Assembly: GCA_965197745.1 (NCBI GenBank)
Contig: CBDANS010000007.1
Coordinates: 1,184,001 to 1,248,000 of the forward strand
Source of the DNA: Opitutales bacterium
GTDB taxonomy: Bacteria; Verrucomicrobiota; Verrucomicrobiia; Opitutales; PNEW01
Reading direction: 5' to 3'
Length of the DNA stretch: 64,000 bases
Of the stretch, positions 30,999 through 41,365 are shown piece after piece (the first letter of the stretch is position 1; each line of letters begins with the position of its first letter). Below the pieces are notes generated by a model, which saw only the letters and a program-made list of their open reading frames with translations, was not told the DNA's origin and ran no database searches. The position numbers were made by a program, and so were the translations under genes.

Positions 30999-31670
30999 AT
31001 GAATCAGTATTCCCTGGACAATTATCAGCGTTCGATTCTTGTAACGCCGAATGGTGAGGATAAAATTCTTTTGCACTCCTGCTGCGCGCCTTGTGCTGGG
31101 GAAATAATGGAAGCCCTTGTCGCGTCAAATATTAAACCCACCATTTTCTTTTATAACCCGAATATTCATCCACGCAAGGAGTACGAAATTCGCAAGGATG
31201 AGAATATTCGTTTTGCCAGGAAATTAGGTCTTACTTTTGTTGACGCTGACTATGACAAGGAAAACTGGTTTGACCGGGTAAAAGGGCTGGAGCACGAACC
31301 GGAACGTGGAGCGCGTTGCACGGTTTGTTTTGATATGCGCTTTGAGCGCACCGCGCTTTACGCCGTGGAAAATAATTTTAACCTTATTTCAAGTACTCTG
31401 GGTATTTCACGATGGAAAAATATGGAGCAGATTAATAGTTGTGGGGTGCGCGCAGCCAATCGATATCCCAAAATGGAATACTGGACTTTTAACTGGCGTA
31501 AGAAAGGCGGCAGTCAACGTATGATAGAATTATCAAAGCGTGAAAAATTCTATCAGCAGGAGTATTGTGGTTGTGTTTACAGTCTTCGAGATACCAATCA
31601 ATGGCGGGTAGAGCATGGTCGACCTCGTATCGAACGCGGGGAAAAATTCTACGGTAGCAACGAAGTCTGA
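30999..31670 (+). CDS. queH: Epoxyqueuosine reductase QueH
   Basis: [40 protein letters not shown]. Confidence 0.95.
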   Translation: MNQYSLDNYQRSILVTPNGEDKILLHSCCAPCAGEIMEALVASNIKPTIFFYNPNIHPRKEYEIRKDENIRFARKLGLTFVDADYDKENWFDRVKGLEHEPERGARCTVCFDMRFERTALYAVENNFNLISSTLGISRWKNMEQINSCGVRAANRYPKMEYWTFNWRKKGGSQRMIELSKREKFYQQEYCGCVYSLRDTNQWRVEHGRPRIERGEKFYGSNEV

Positions 31671-31736
31671 TAATACATTTACGGTAAAGGCAATCAGCAA
31701 TTGTAATAAAATCAATTTGCTATGATGCTGATCATG

Positions 31737-31766
31737 TTGACAAAAGAGAGTATATTATCATAGCTT
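31737..31766 (+). promoter_or_regulatory. Putative sigma70 promoter
   Basis: TTGACA (31737-31742), 18-nt spacer, TAGCTT (31761-31766). Confidence 0.5.
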
Positions 31767-31842
31767 AAGAGGATAACGAATAAAGTATTTATTGGTCATA
31801 AATACTCTAATTCAAGTAGTAACCTTAACGAGGAGGTGATCC

Positions 31843-31932
31843 ATGCATAATAGACTAATTTCGAAACCAGGATTTTTAATGAAGAGTTTAAAATGCAAGA
31901 GCGATTTAAAGATGGAGGTAATTCATCTGTAA
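31843..31932 (+). CDS. Candidate 29-aa small ORF (MHNRLISKPGFLMKSLKCKSDLKMEVIHL)
   Basis: ATG 5 nt after AGGAGGT; below the ORF-track length cutoff. Confidence 0.4.
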   Translation: MHNRLISKPGFLMKSLKCKSDLKMEVIHL

Positions 31933-32082
31933 ATTGGTGAAGGGTAATGGATTCTTCCTATTCTGGTGGGAGTCTTGACCAATTTAATTTTAATCGGTAA
32001 GTTTTCAAAACGAGAACTAACCTTATCTTTGTTGGGTGCCTGGTTTAGATCAACCGGCAGTTAAAATTTTTAAACCTTAACC

Positions 32083-32118
32083 AAAGCCTGCGAGACGAAT
32101 CCGTCTCGCAGGTTTTTT
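32083..32118 (+). terminator. Rho-independent terminator
   Basis: aaaGCCTGCGAGACG-aatc-CGTCTCGCAGGT followed by a T-run. Confidence 0.9.
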
Positions 32119-32274
32119 ATATACGCTCAAAATGCTCCTAAAACCTATAAAGACCTCCCGATCCTCAGGTTCATAACCAAGGGGTAGAGGAAATCCAAAA
32201 TAAATTTTAAATAGAACTTTCTAAATTAAAGATCCCTATGTATATATATTTATAATCTTCAAACTTTCCATCAG

Positions 32275-33486
32275 GTGAAAATGTTTTTTTCTAATTGGAC
32301 TCGAGACTTCAGGCTATTGGCAGTAGCCGTTTTCTCCCTGGGGGTCTTTTTCGGCGTGCAGATGACTTTATTTAATAACTTTATCGTTGAACGCATAGGA
32401 ATTGAGGCACACGAATTGGGCTACATAGAAGCCATGCGCGAGGTACCTGGGTTGCTGAATGTTATCTTTATTGCCTTAATGGTACGAGTCGTCGCCCCCT
32501 TATTGGGAGGGTTCTCGCTTATTATCCTGGGGGTGGGAATTATGGGTTATGCGGTATCGAGCACTGTGGTTTCAATCGCGATATTTTCCGTAGTATGGAG
32601 CATCGGCTTTCATGGCTGGATAACACTCCAGCATGCGATGGCCTTGAAATTTTCTCCCGGTTTAGATAAAGGGGTATGGCTGGGGAAGCTCCATAGCGTA
32701 AATAGCTTCGCCTGGTTGCTTACCATCGGTATCTGTATGCTGACTTATCGCTATCTTCATTATGATGGGCTGTTTATTATGGCGGGGATTATTACCATCC
32801 TCGGTGGCGTGGCCATATTTTTTGCCTCAAAAGATAAGCCGGTAGTCCCCGAGAAAGGATTTGTTTTTAAAAGTCGTTACCGCCTCTATTATATTCTTAA
32901 TGTTCTGGATGGCTGCCGCAGGCAGATCTTCATGACTTTTGCCATTTTCGCCCTGGTTAAAGTGCATGGCATGCCAATCACCACGACGATGATCTTAGTT
33001 CTCATAAATAAGATACTCGTCACGCTGGTGGCTCCACTGATGGGCCGTTTAGTTGATAAACATGGAGAGCGATTGATGCTGAGCTTTACTTATTTCGGAT
33101 TGATATTCGTTTTTTTAGGGTACGCCATAGTTGAATTGCGACCTATGCTCTATGTCCTTTTTTGTATTGATAATCTTCTCTTTTTCGAAGGGATAGCTCT
33201 GACAACCTATATTAACAAAATTACACCCACTGAAGAGCTGAAGCCGACACTCTCAATGGGGGTGACGATGAATCATGTAGCCGCAGTCACCGCCCCTTTA
33301 ATTGGTGGTCTGGTCTGGTATTATTTTGGCTATCAGATAATCTTTTTCAGCGGCGCGGTTATCGCCTTGTGCTCATTTCTCGTATCCCAATGGGTTGACC
33401 CCGAAGGTTTATTAAAAGCAGAGGAAGACAGTGATGTCATTGCTCTCGCGGACGGGGTAGTGGTACCCTCTAAAATACCCGGGTAA
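32275..33486 (+). CDS. MFS transporter
   Basis: About 12 TM segments, REVPG, GRLVDKHGER motif. Confidence 0.88.
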   Translation: MKMFFSNWTRDFRLLAVAVFSLGVFFGVQMTLFNNFIVERIGIEAHELGYIEAMREVPGLLNVIFIALMVRVVAPLLGGFSLIILGVGIMGYAVSSTVVSIAIFSVVWSIGFHGWITLQHAMALKFSPGLDKGVWLGKLHSVNSFAWLLTIGICMLTYRYLHYDGLFIMAGIITILGGVAIFFASKDKPVVPEKGFVFKSRYRLYYILNVLDGCRRQIFMTFAIFALVKVHGMPITTTMILVLINKILVTLVAPLMGRLVDKHGERLMLSFTYFGLIFVFLGYAIVELRPMLYVLFCIDNLLFFEGIALTTYINKITPTEELKPTLSMGVTMNHVAAVTAPLIGGLVWYYFGYQIIFFSGAVIALCSFLVSQWVDPEGLLKAEEDSDVIALADGVVVPSKIPG

Positions 33487-33505
33487 TATAGAGCGAGATA
33501 AAGTC

Positions 33506-34510
33506 CTAAGCGTGGACAAATTTTACGGCGTTATGGTAAAAAAGGTCTTCAATTTCTTTTTGACCGAAACCTTCGAATTTTATGGCGCGCCGCGCGGCAC
33601 GAAGGGTTTCATAGACACTATAAGTAGGACGGGGATCGCAATGAGTTATATTTAGCGGAGCAAGTTCTTTGTCCGTTATTAATTCCCAACCATAACCAAA
33701 ACTGACGATAGTCCCTCGAAGAAGATCGCAGGGAATATCACTGCCAAACATTATACGATCCAGTGGCAAATGGCGGAATGCCAGGGTAAAAACATCACTA
33801 TAGGTAACCGATGAAAAGTCGTACCAAAAATTGGGGACATCCTTAATTTTTTCGATGGAACGTTCGAGTGGCCAGGCAATAGAACTGCGAGCCATGTGCG
33901 CGAGATCCCATTTGATCTTTGGATAGCGATTGGACAATCGTAAGAGGTCATTGACATTATCTTCATCGGCGATGCCAAGCTTCTTTCCCAAATGCATCAT
34001 GATAATCAATTCTTTATCGTTGGCCAACTCAATGAGCGGTTCGGGAATCATATCGGTGATACTGCAGTTGACATCATCCTGCGCCCAGAAACGGTAAGGT
34101 TTAAGCCCCCGGAAACCATAGTGATCAATATCATGGGCGACCTTTTCTACGGAGAAACTGGGATGGACGAGCATGAGAGCGCGTGACTGAGGATCATCAG
34201 CTACCTGGGCCGCGGTGAACGCGTTGTGCTTATCGAAATCTATACGTCGGTAAACCCATCCGAATGCGAGGTAATGAACTTCTCTGCCGGGAAATAATAA
34301 TTCATAGGTTTTATTGAGGGCTTCCTTATCGAGGATCGTAAATGGGCAATTGGCAGTCGGGTTATATTCGGGCGGGTCATCATCCGGTTTTGACAGGCAA
34401 TGGGCATTGTTGAAGAAATGCAGGTGGGCATCAAAGATTTTTCCGGGAAGAAAATCTTCAAGCTCTTCCTCCCATATTCTGCGGTCGAGGTCTGTTTGTT
34501 CAAGAGACAC
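33506..34510 (-). CDS. Amidohydrolase-family protein
   Basis: FDAHLH, GLKPY, MMH, LAHM, IMFGSD, LFYHNA. Confidence 0.85.
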   Translation of the reverse strand: MSLEQTDLDRRIWEEELEDFLPGKIFDAHLHFFNNAHCLSKPDDDPPEYNPTANCPFTILDKEALNKTYELLFPGREVHYLAFGWVYRRIDFDKHNAFTAAQVADDPQSRALMLVHPSFSVEKVAHDIDHYGFRGLKPYRFWAQDDVNCSITDMIPEPLIELANDKELIIMMHLGKKLGIADEDNVNDLLRLSNRYPKIKWDLAHMARSSIAWPLERSIEKIKDVPNFWYDFSSVTYSDVFTLAFRHLPLDRIMFGSDIPCDLLRGTIVSFGYGWELITDKELAPLNITHCDPRPTYSVYETLRAARRAIKFEGFGQKEIEDLFYHNAVKFVHA

Positions 34511-34543
34511 AGATTTTAGGGAAGAACGCGGTGAAGTAAATTA

Positions 34544-37500
34544 TCATTCAATTGTAATTTCTTCGGTGGTAACAGGTATATTCTGTCCATCCGCGTTTTC
34601 AAAAGTAGCGGCATTACTTTGTGTTGGTTGTGGGGTCCCATCTGATTTAAAATTATTTTGTAAAATCAAAGTACTGAACCCGGGTGTGCTTGACCCACTT
34701 GGCGCGACAACAATGGCATTTCCATTACTCTGAGAAAGATCCCCTCCCGTTATTCTCAACCCCGGATTTGGTGCCTGGACCGTAAATGAACCCTCACCAA
34801 ACAAGAGGTGCGGTAACGAATCTCCACTGGCATCAATGTCACCAACGGTTATCCGCACCGCTATCGGCACTCCCTCCGCGACGACCCCGGTTCTTCCGGT
34901 GTCAGCGGAAAAAACCGTATTCGATAACTGCATGCCGCCTATCCCTGTGGAGTTGGTGACTTCCACGAGGGTTACGTTTGCTTCGGCATTATACACTTCT
35001 CCTTCTGGGAATAATGCCTGATTGACGGCGTTGATCGATCCCACGGTGAAGATACTAAAGAAAGTACTGGAGTCGGCTCCATCAATGAGCACACTGGGAC
35101 GTCCGGTTACATACAATACTTCCTGATTGTATTTCGTCGGAAAAGCGGCGGGGAGAAAAGTCCCCGGGTCGAGCGTTATCGTAAAGCTCCCATTGCCGGA
35201 AAATTCTACCTGGACGATATCCTCATTTTCGTCGAGAAAAGAAACCCGGGTAATCTGGTTAACTTTAGCGCGCAGACTTATATTTTGACCGGTGAGCAGA
35301 ACCTGGTCGAAAATATTTCCACTCGGATGCATGATATCTTCACCTACCACCTCACCGGATCCGCTTAGGACCAAACCTATTTCAACCAGGGCAACATTGT
35401 GATTACCCCCGGCTGCAAGTAAGGAAACATTAGAAACCCCTGAGGGTATATTGAGTTGACCGGAGGAATTGTCCCCCCAGCCCTCGACGGATCCTTCATT
35501 ATCAAGAGCAAGGCTGTGGTTTAACCCGGCAGCAATAGAAGTCACGGCACTGGCGTTAAAGGCAACAGTCAATTCGTCTTTAGCTTTAAAACTGGAGGCG
35601 ACAACCAGCCCGATTTCACCAAATTCCAATTGATTGAATTGATTGTCTCCCCAGGCCGCAACCTGGCTGTCGTCAGTTAAGGCCAGGCTATGATTGCCAC
35701 CTGCGGATACCTTTATGACGTCGGACAATCCAGCTGGCACATCAGTCTGGCCAAAATTATTTCGTCCCCAGGCAATAACTGTGCCGTCACTTTTCAGAGC
35801 TAAATTATGAAATCCACCGGCATCTATAGCTGTAATATCCGAAGGATTTCCCGGGGGCACTGAAGCCTGTCCGTCTGAATTATTACCCCAACCGATAACT
35901 GTTCCATCAGATTTTAAGGCCAGGCTGTGAGTCGATCCAGCGCTTACGGCAATAGCATCGGAAAGTCCGTCGGGTGGTTGTGTCTGCCCGAATTCATTAT
36001 TTCCCCAGCCAACCACGGTGCCATCACTCTTTACTGCGAGGCTGTGATTATGTCCGGCCGCGATGGCTATTACATCAGTAAGATCTCCGGGCACATCGAC
36101 CTGTCCCAAGTTCATCCCTTCCCCAGCCGACAACCGTTCCGTCAGCCGTCAAGGCGATATTATGATCCAATCCGGCAGAGATAGCAATCACTTCCGGACT
36201 ATCGTCGGTACTGACGGCCTCGGGTAATTCCTGCTGGGCAAAATCATTATTGCCCCATGCTTCAACCTCTATAATTTCATCGATAAATGGAGGTTCATCA
36301 TCAATAATCGGAGGTTCCTCATCCGGCGGCACTTCAATCGGCGTAAAACTGAAATCGTCGATACTCGTTATACTGGTGCCTATAGACGAGAGCAATGCTT
36401 CATTATCGCTTAATTCAATTTTACCAATTCCGCCCGGCGCCCCCAATTCAAGGGAGTTAAATCTAAAGTATATTGGGTTTACTATCTCATCGGGATTAAT
36501 ATTGTCGGGCAACATGGGAACGGAGGTGATGAGGTTGCCCTCAGTATCGAAAACATCAATATTACCATCATCGAGGGCTAAATTAGCTGCGTAAAATTGC
36601 ACATCGCGAGCGGGAGTTTCAAAATTAATGGTTGCGGTGAGTCCATTGGTAATGGACCAGAAATTTTCGGGAGAGTGATATAACTGTGTAAAGGATGTGA
36701 GCCCGCCCACGCTGCCACCAGTAAAAGTGGCGCTCCTGGATGACTCTCCAATGGTAAAGCTCCCGACAAATTGATCGGTTCCATCGGCGAGAATATCTTC
36801 AAAATCTGTAAACACCTCAAGGTTAGGGGGTGGTGGGAGAGGGGTAATATCTTCCAGTAAGACTGGAATTGGCTCTAAACCCCGATTGCTGCTGGTAAGA
36901 ACGACGTCATAGCGAAATGTTTCAGCACTGCCATCAGAAGCTGTATATGTCTCGTCAAAAGTAGATTTTACTATGCCGAGATTACGGGCCAACCATAAAG
37001 TTTCGAGAATGCTGCCATCTTCGGTATAAGACACCCCTTCCTCTACACCAGTCTCACTGTAGTCACGAACAACGACAACCTTGAGCGTTTCATAAATACC
37101 GACCGGTGTATCAACAGTTTCAATCCCTTCGACGAAAACACTGATACTTACCGACCCCTGCGCGGTAAAAGCGACACCAAAATCGATCCCGCTACTAGAA
37201 TAGGCGGCAGTCGAAGAAAAGCTGTCCCCGATATTTATAAATCGAGGAGTAATAAAAAGGGGGCTTCAAATAAGCTGATATCTGATTCATCAGTACCGCC
37301 GTGATCTTCACGGTGGACCGCGAATTCGAATTCATCCTGGCTGTAATAGATACCTCTAAATAAATCCAATATTTCTCCACCAACAGAAACGGTGGAAGTA
37401 GCAAGATCAAAAGCGAGGGTTGTCTCCCGGCCGTTGATAACACCGCCGGGCAGGTTCAGGCGATTTACGTTTAATCCTAACGATATACTGATAGGAGACT

Positions 37501-37657
37501 CAGGTGTCGTTACCGAAAATAAACCCTCATAGTTCCATTCGGACCCTATATCGAGGGGGAAAAAGTCAGCGATATCCAGAGGTGGAGCATAAGCCACTCC
37601 ACAAGCGAAGAAGGAAAAAACGCATGCGAAAATCCTGGGCAACTGTTTAAACAACAT
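34544..37657 (-). pseudogene. Large secreted RCC1/BLIP-II-repeat surface protein (~1037 aa) broken by two frameshifts
   Basis: Three ORFs join by adding a base at the run 37254-37263 and removing a base at 36105-36107; signal peptide, ETVDTPVG..W.A...GIVK domain, 7 RCC1 blades, C-terminal domain. Confidence 0.8.
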
Positions 37658-37927
37658 TTCTGGATGTAATATCTCTGTATCAATGTTTCATATATAACTT
37701 TGCTCTCCTTAACAATTTAAAACTTAAAAATACTACCTGTCCTGGGTGGGGTTAATACTCCCTGTTTAGCAATTGACTTAGATAAATAGTTACAGGGTGA
37801 AATACCCGATTTAAGTATAAGTTAAATAAGAGGCAAAGTATTATCGAAAGACTACTCCAGACCGCATTTATATTGTCGTAAAAAATGGAGTCACTTGAGT
37901 ATATTATCAATGAGAATAGGTTAATCT

Positions 37928-38332
37928 ATGAAAGGGAATCCTGTAATACTTTTCGATGGGGTTTGTAACCTCTGTAATGGGATCGTAAAATTTATAATAA
38001 AAAATGACCCTGAGTCTTATTTCAGATTTACGCCACTGCAATCACCCACCGGGCAGAGCTTACTTGAAAAACATGGCTTTAATCGCGAAGTTATAGATAC
38101 TTTTGTTCTTATAAATGAAGATACCTGTTTGACGAAAAGCGATGCCGCCTTGTACATCGTTCGGTGTCTCCCCGGACTATTATGGTCTCTCTTAGGAATA
38201 TTTTCTATAATTCCAAAACCCATTCGAAATTGGGGTTATGATATGGTAGTGCGCAATCGTTACCGTTGGTTTGGGAAAAAAGAAGAATGTCTGGTCCCGA
38301 CAAATGATATTCTCAATCGGTTCCTGGATTGA
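37928..38332 (+). CDS. DCC1-like thiol-disulfide oxidoreductase (YuxK-like)
   Basis: LFDGVCNLC, FTPLQS, RNRYRWFGK. Confidence 0.92.
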   Translation: MKGNPVILFDGVCNLCNGIVKFIIKNDPESYFRFTPLQSPTGQSLLEKHGFNREVIDTFVLINEDTCLTKSDAALYIVRCLPGLLWSLLGIFSIIPKPIRNWGYDMVVRNRYRWFGKKEECLVPTNDILNRFLD

Positions 38333-38375
38333 AGCCACTATTCCCTGAATTAATTACGGGAATTTAAATTATGAT

Positions 38376-39695
38376 TTAATAATTCCGTGCGAAGTCAGAA
38401 GTATAGGTGGGATTGTCACCTACTACGCTATTAAGGTCTTCATCGTAATGAAAGTCATAGTCCCCCTGGAAGATTACATCTTCGGCGACAATCGATCCAA
38501 ACATCTCTCCGTCCGCTTGCATAGTTACAACCGCGCGTGGGGCGTATATCGCTCCATAGAAATCCGTGCTTTTTCCAATGTAATAAGAGGGGGTGTAAGA
38601 TCCCGTGTCCGTCGAATAGATGAGAAGGTTGCCTGGATCTCCCAGGTTGCCCGGATCTCCAGAAAAATTTTCAACCTTGCCGTCAGCATGTTGCACGGTG
38701 AAATCATCATTGATATACAGTTTCAATTTCTTGCCATCGGCAATCTTCAGCGTCCCATCGATATGCACATCGTCCTGCACTACAAGGGTCATGTCTTCGG
38801 TGATCGTCAGGGTTTCAAAATCATCGATATACAGGTCTCCCGTGACCAATCGGGCGCTCGCTCCCGCTCCGGGTAAGGTGTCGCTTCCTCCGGGAAAACT
38901 GTAGACACTGGTCACCCCTGGCGGGACCGGCACATCCTGCATGCTCGGTTCGAACCCGTCGGCTATCCGGCTGTCATCGACATTTATCTCTATCGGGGTG
39001 CTCGCTCCGTAGACCTTGCCATTCATCCCGATAGTGTGGGGTGCTACCCAGGTTGATATATAACCGTAGACTTCACCTTTCGCAAACTCCGACGCTATTA
39101 CTTTACCTCCAACCAGGGTGCCGTTGTCGTTGCGGTTGAAGAATGGATCGTAAATGCCCAGGTTCACCGTCGGATCAGAGGTGTAACTGTCAACGGTTAC
39201 GGTCCCCGTGGAGTTGAAGGCGATGTCATCATGAGTGGTGATCCCGTTGGGGAAAACCTTGCGCTGCCTCAGGTCGGAATAAAAACTTTCCTGCACCATC
39301 TCTCCATTGGCTAAGTATAAATAGACGATGCTATAGATGCGGGGTTGATTCGGTGATTGATCGAGGACATAAAGATACATCGTAGCGGTATCGCCGTTGC
39401 CCATATCCAAATTGTATAAAGCCTTTATCGTCCAGGGTGGTGAAAAACTCCAACCCGTCCAATCGTCTTCATTGAGCGCCGAGATGGCTAGCTCCGCACC
39501 AGCGTGCGTTACATTGACAATGTTTCTTCGATTGAAATTTCCTTCCGCGATTTTTAACTCGGTGACTGTCGAGTTTAAAAAACTGGTTGTCACAAATCCA
39601 AATATTCCCGCGATCATTAAGGCAATGAGGAGGACGGATCCACGCTGCGCGGAATCTCTATATTTTAATGGGTTCTGGTTGTGTTGTGACTGCAT
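38376..39695 (-). CDS. PilX-like prepilin N-terminal protein with beta-rich C-terminal domain
   Basis: QRG|SVLLIALMI class III signal, AGAELAI, VDSY.S, FYGAIYAP, FHYDEDL. Confidence 0.75.
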   Translation of the reverse strand: MQSQHNQNPLKYRDSAQRGSVLLIALMIAGIFGFVTTSFLNSTVTELKIAEGNFNRRNIVNVTHAGAELAISALNEDDWTGWSFSPPWTIKALYNLDMGNGDTATMYLYVLDQSPNQPRIYSIVYLYLANGEMVQESFYSDLRQRKVFPNGITTHDDIAFNSTGTVTVDSYTSDPTVNLGIYDPFFNRNDNGTLVGGKVIASEFAKGEVYGYISTWVAPHTIGMNGKVYGASTPIEINVDDSRIADGFEPSMQDVPVPPGVTSVYSFPGGSDTLPGAGASARLVTGDLYIDDFETLTITEDMTLVVQDDVHIDGTLKIADGKKLKLYINDDFTVQHADGKVENFSGDPGNLGDPGNLLIYSTDTGSYTPSYYIGKSTDFYGAIYAPRAVVTMQADGEMFGSIVAEDVIFQGDYDFHYDEDLNSVVGDNPTYTSDFARNY

Positions 39696-40256
39696 CTTTA
39701 ATTTTCTAAGCAAGAATATTAAAGAGCGTAGGTATTTATAGCAAGAAAAATAGGTTAATTTACCTATAAATAATATGTAAAAAATGTTTATCGCCCCTTA
39801 ATACCCCTCATTAATTCCCAACATAAAAACACCCTCCCTCTTGCAGTACGTAAGCTATTGATTAATAAAATATTGTACTATCAGAATGGCTGCATAATGG
39901 GGTCGATATATGGCTAAAATTGAGAAATTATTATCAAATTTTACTACAATAAAGACCCCAGAAACCTATCTATTTGCAAAATAATTGTAAAAAAAGTAAA
40001 ATTCGAAGGGATAAAGGAGAATAAAAAGAGTGAAAATCCGATGAATGAGACTGTATTTTTTACTTCGAGTACAATTAATTATTATTAGAATTAGACCTTA
40101 GAAAAAGGGGGTGAAGAAAGGTAGAAAAAGCAGCCATTAAACAAAGATAAAAGCGATGATGAAACGGGGATCATTTCACAAAGATGATTACATGCTAGCA
40201 AGATCAGGAGAAATTCTACTAGATAGAAAACGAAAGCGAATAGTTGAAACGATACC

Positions 40257-40808
40257 ATGAATAAAAATTTAAAAAAGTATTCTGAATTTTTTAAAGAAGA
40301 AGGGGCGAATGATATCGAACACAGTAAGATTACATACTTCGCCCATGCGATGGGAGTATACCGTGATTTAAAATCTTGGGGATGCGATGAGGATCTTTGC
40401 TTGATGGGAATTTTTCATTCAATATACGGGACAGAATTATTTCAGGGCTTCACCTTACCCCTGAAACGCCGCAGTGAAATTCGTTCATTTATAGGTGAGC
40501 GCGCGGAGCGGCTTGCCTACTTCAATTGTGCGCTTACCTATAAATCCCTTGATGAAAATTTTAATGGTTCTGAAATCAGCTACAAACTGTTTGACCGTTT
40601 TAAAGATAAGGATATGGAAATTACACGAGATGACTTTGATGATGTGTGCCGCGTTCATCTGTGTGATCGGCTGGAACAGGCGGGTCGATCAATGGATTGG
40701 GATTGGCGTCGTGAAAGTTTTCAAGGGATGGCCGAATACCTGGGAGGAATTGCCAGGGAAACATTTGATCGTGTATATATGAAAAAAAAGGAGAAAAACC
40801 ATGAGTAA
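40257..40808 (+). CDS. DUF6817-like protein
   Basis: IEHS..TYFAHAMGVY..L..WG, GIFHSIYGTE, IGERAERLAY. Confidence 0.7.
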   Translation: MNKNLKKYSEFFKEEGANDIEHSKITYFAHAMGVYRDLKSWGCDEDLCLMGIFHSIYGTELFQGFTLPLKRRSEIRSFIGERAERLAYFNCALTYKSLDENFNGSEISYKLFDRFKDKDMEITRDDFDDVCRVHLCDRLEQAGRSMDWDWRRESFQGMAEYLGGIARETFDRVYMKKKEKNHE

Positions 40809-41241
40809 AGTGTTTACGAGTTCAGTAATTCCTGCGCCGATTGGTAAAGTGTGGGCCAGGATCAGAGACTTTAATGCCTTGCCGGACTGGCACCCTGCAG
40901 TTGCGGACAGTAAAATCGAAGACGATAAACCCAGTGATTTTATTGGATGTATTCGAAATTTTAATCTTAAAAACGATGGAGGTAATATTCGTGAAAGGCT
41001 TCTTGCCTTGGATGACAACGAATATTATTGCACCTACTGCATTTTGGAATCACCGATGAATGTGGAAATTTATGTAGCGACCATGAGCCTGCTCCCGATA
41101 ACCGATGGAAATAGAACTTATGCTGAATGGACAGCTGATTTTGAATGTGATCCCAAAGAAGAATCCGAGCTTGTGGATTTTATCAGTAACAGTGTTTTCC
41201 AAGGGGGCTTTAGCGCCTTGAATGACTTATTCACTGGGTGA
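40801..41241 (+). CDS. SRPBCC/polyketide cyclase-family protein
   Basis: VWARIRDFNALPDWHP, IRERLLALDD, EWTADF; overlaps the upstream gene. Confidence 0.88.
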   Translation: MSKVFTSSVIPAPIGKVWARIRDFNALPDWHPAVADSKIEDDKPSDFIGCIRNFNLKNDGGNIRERLLALDDNEYYCTYCILESPMNVEIYVATMSLLPITDGNRTYAEWTADFECDPKEESELVDFISNSVFQGGFSALNDLFTG

Positions 41242-41365
41242 AATAAAGTTCATTGAACAGAGGATTAGGGCGATCATTAGTGATTTATAATCCTGCAATT
41301 GAGGGGTGAGTAATTTATATAATTCGGCTCATTGCATCATCTGAAATTATATTTTAAGAGGGATA

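Larger units (their letters stand above)
31772..32118 (+). ncRNA. Candidate structured small RNA / dual-function RNA
   Basis: Lies between a promoter and a terminator; hairpins at 31784-31806, 31930-31986, 31996-32022 and 32037-32059; extended SD AGGAGGTGATCCA. Confidence 0.5.

Noticed and set aside
31831..31843. Fragment of a 16S rRNA gene on the minus strand
   Set aside because: The match stops after 13 nt and the flanks do not resemble rRNA.
31843..31932. Type I toxin or amino-acid attenuator leader peptide
   Set aside because: The peptide has no hydrophobic helix and no run of a single regulatory codon.
37254..37263. Canonical -1 programmed ribosomal frameshift
   Set aside because: The in-frame context C-TTT-TTA is not a proper X-XXY-YYZ heptamer, and a second opposite shift would also be needed.
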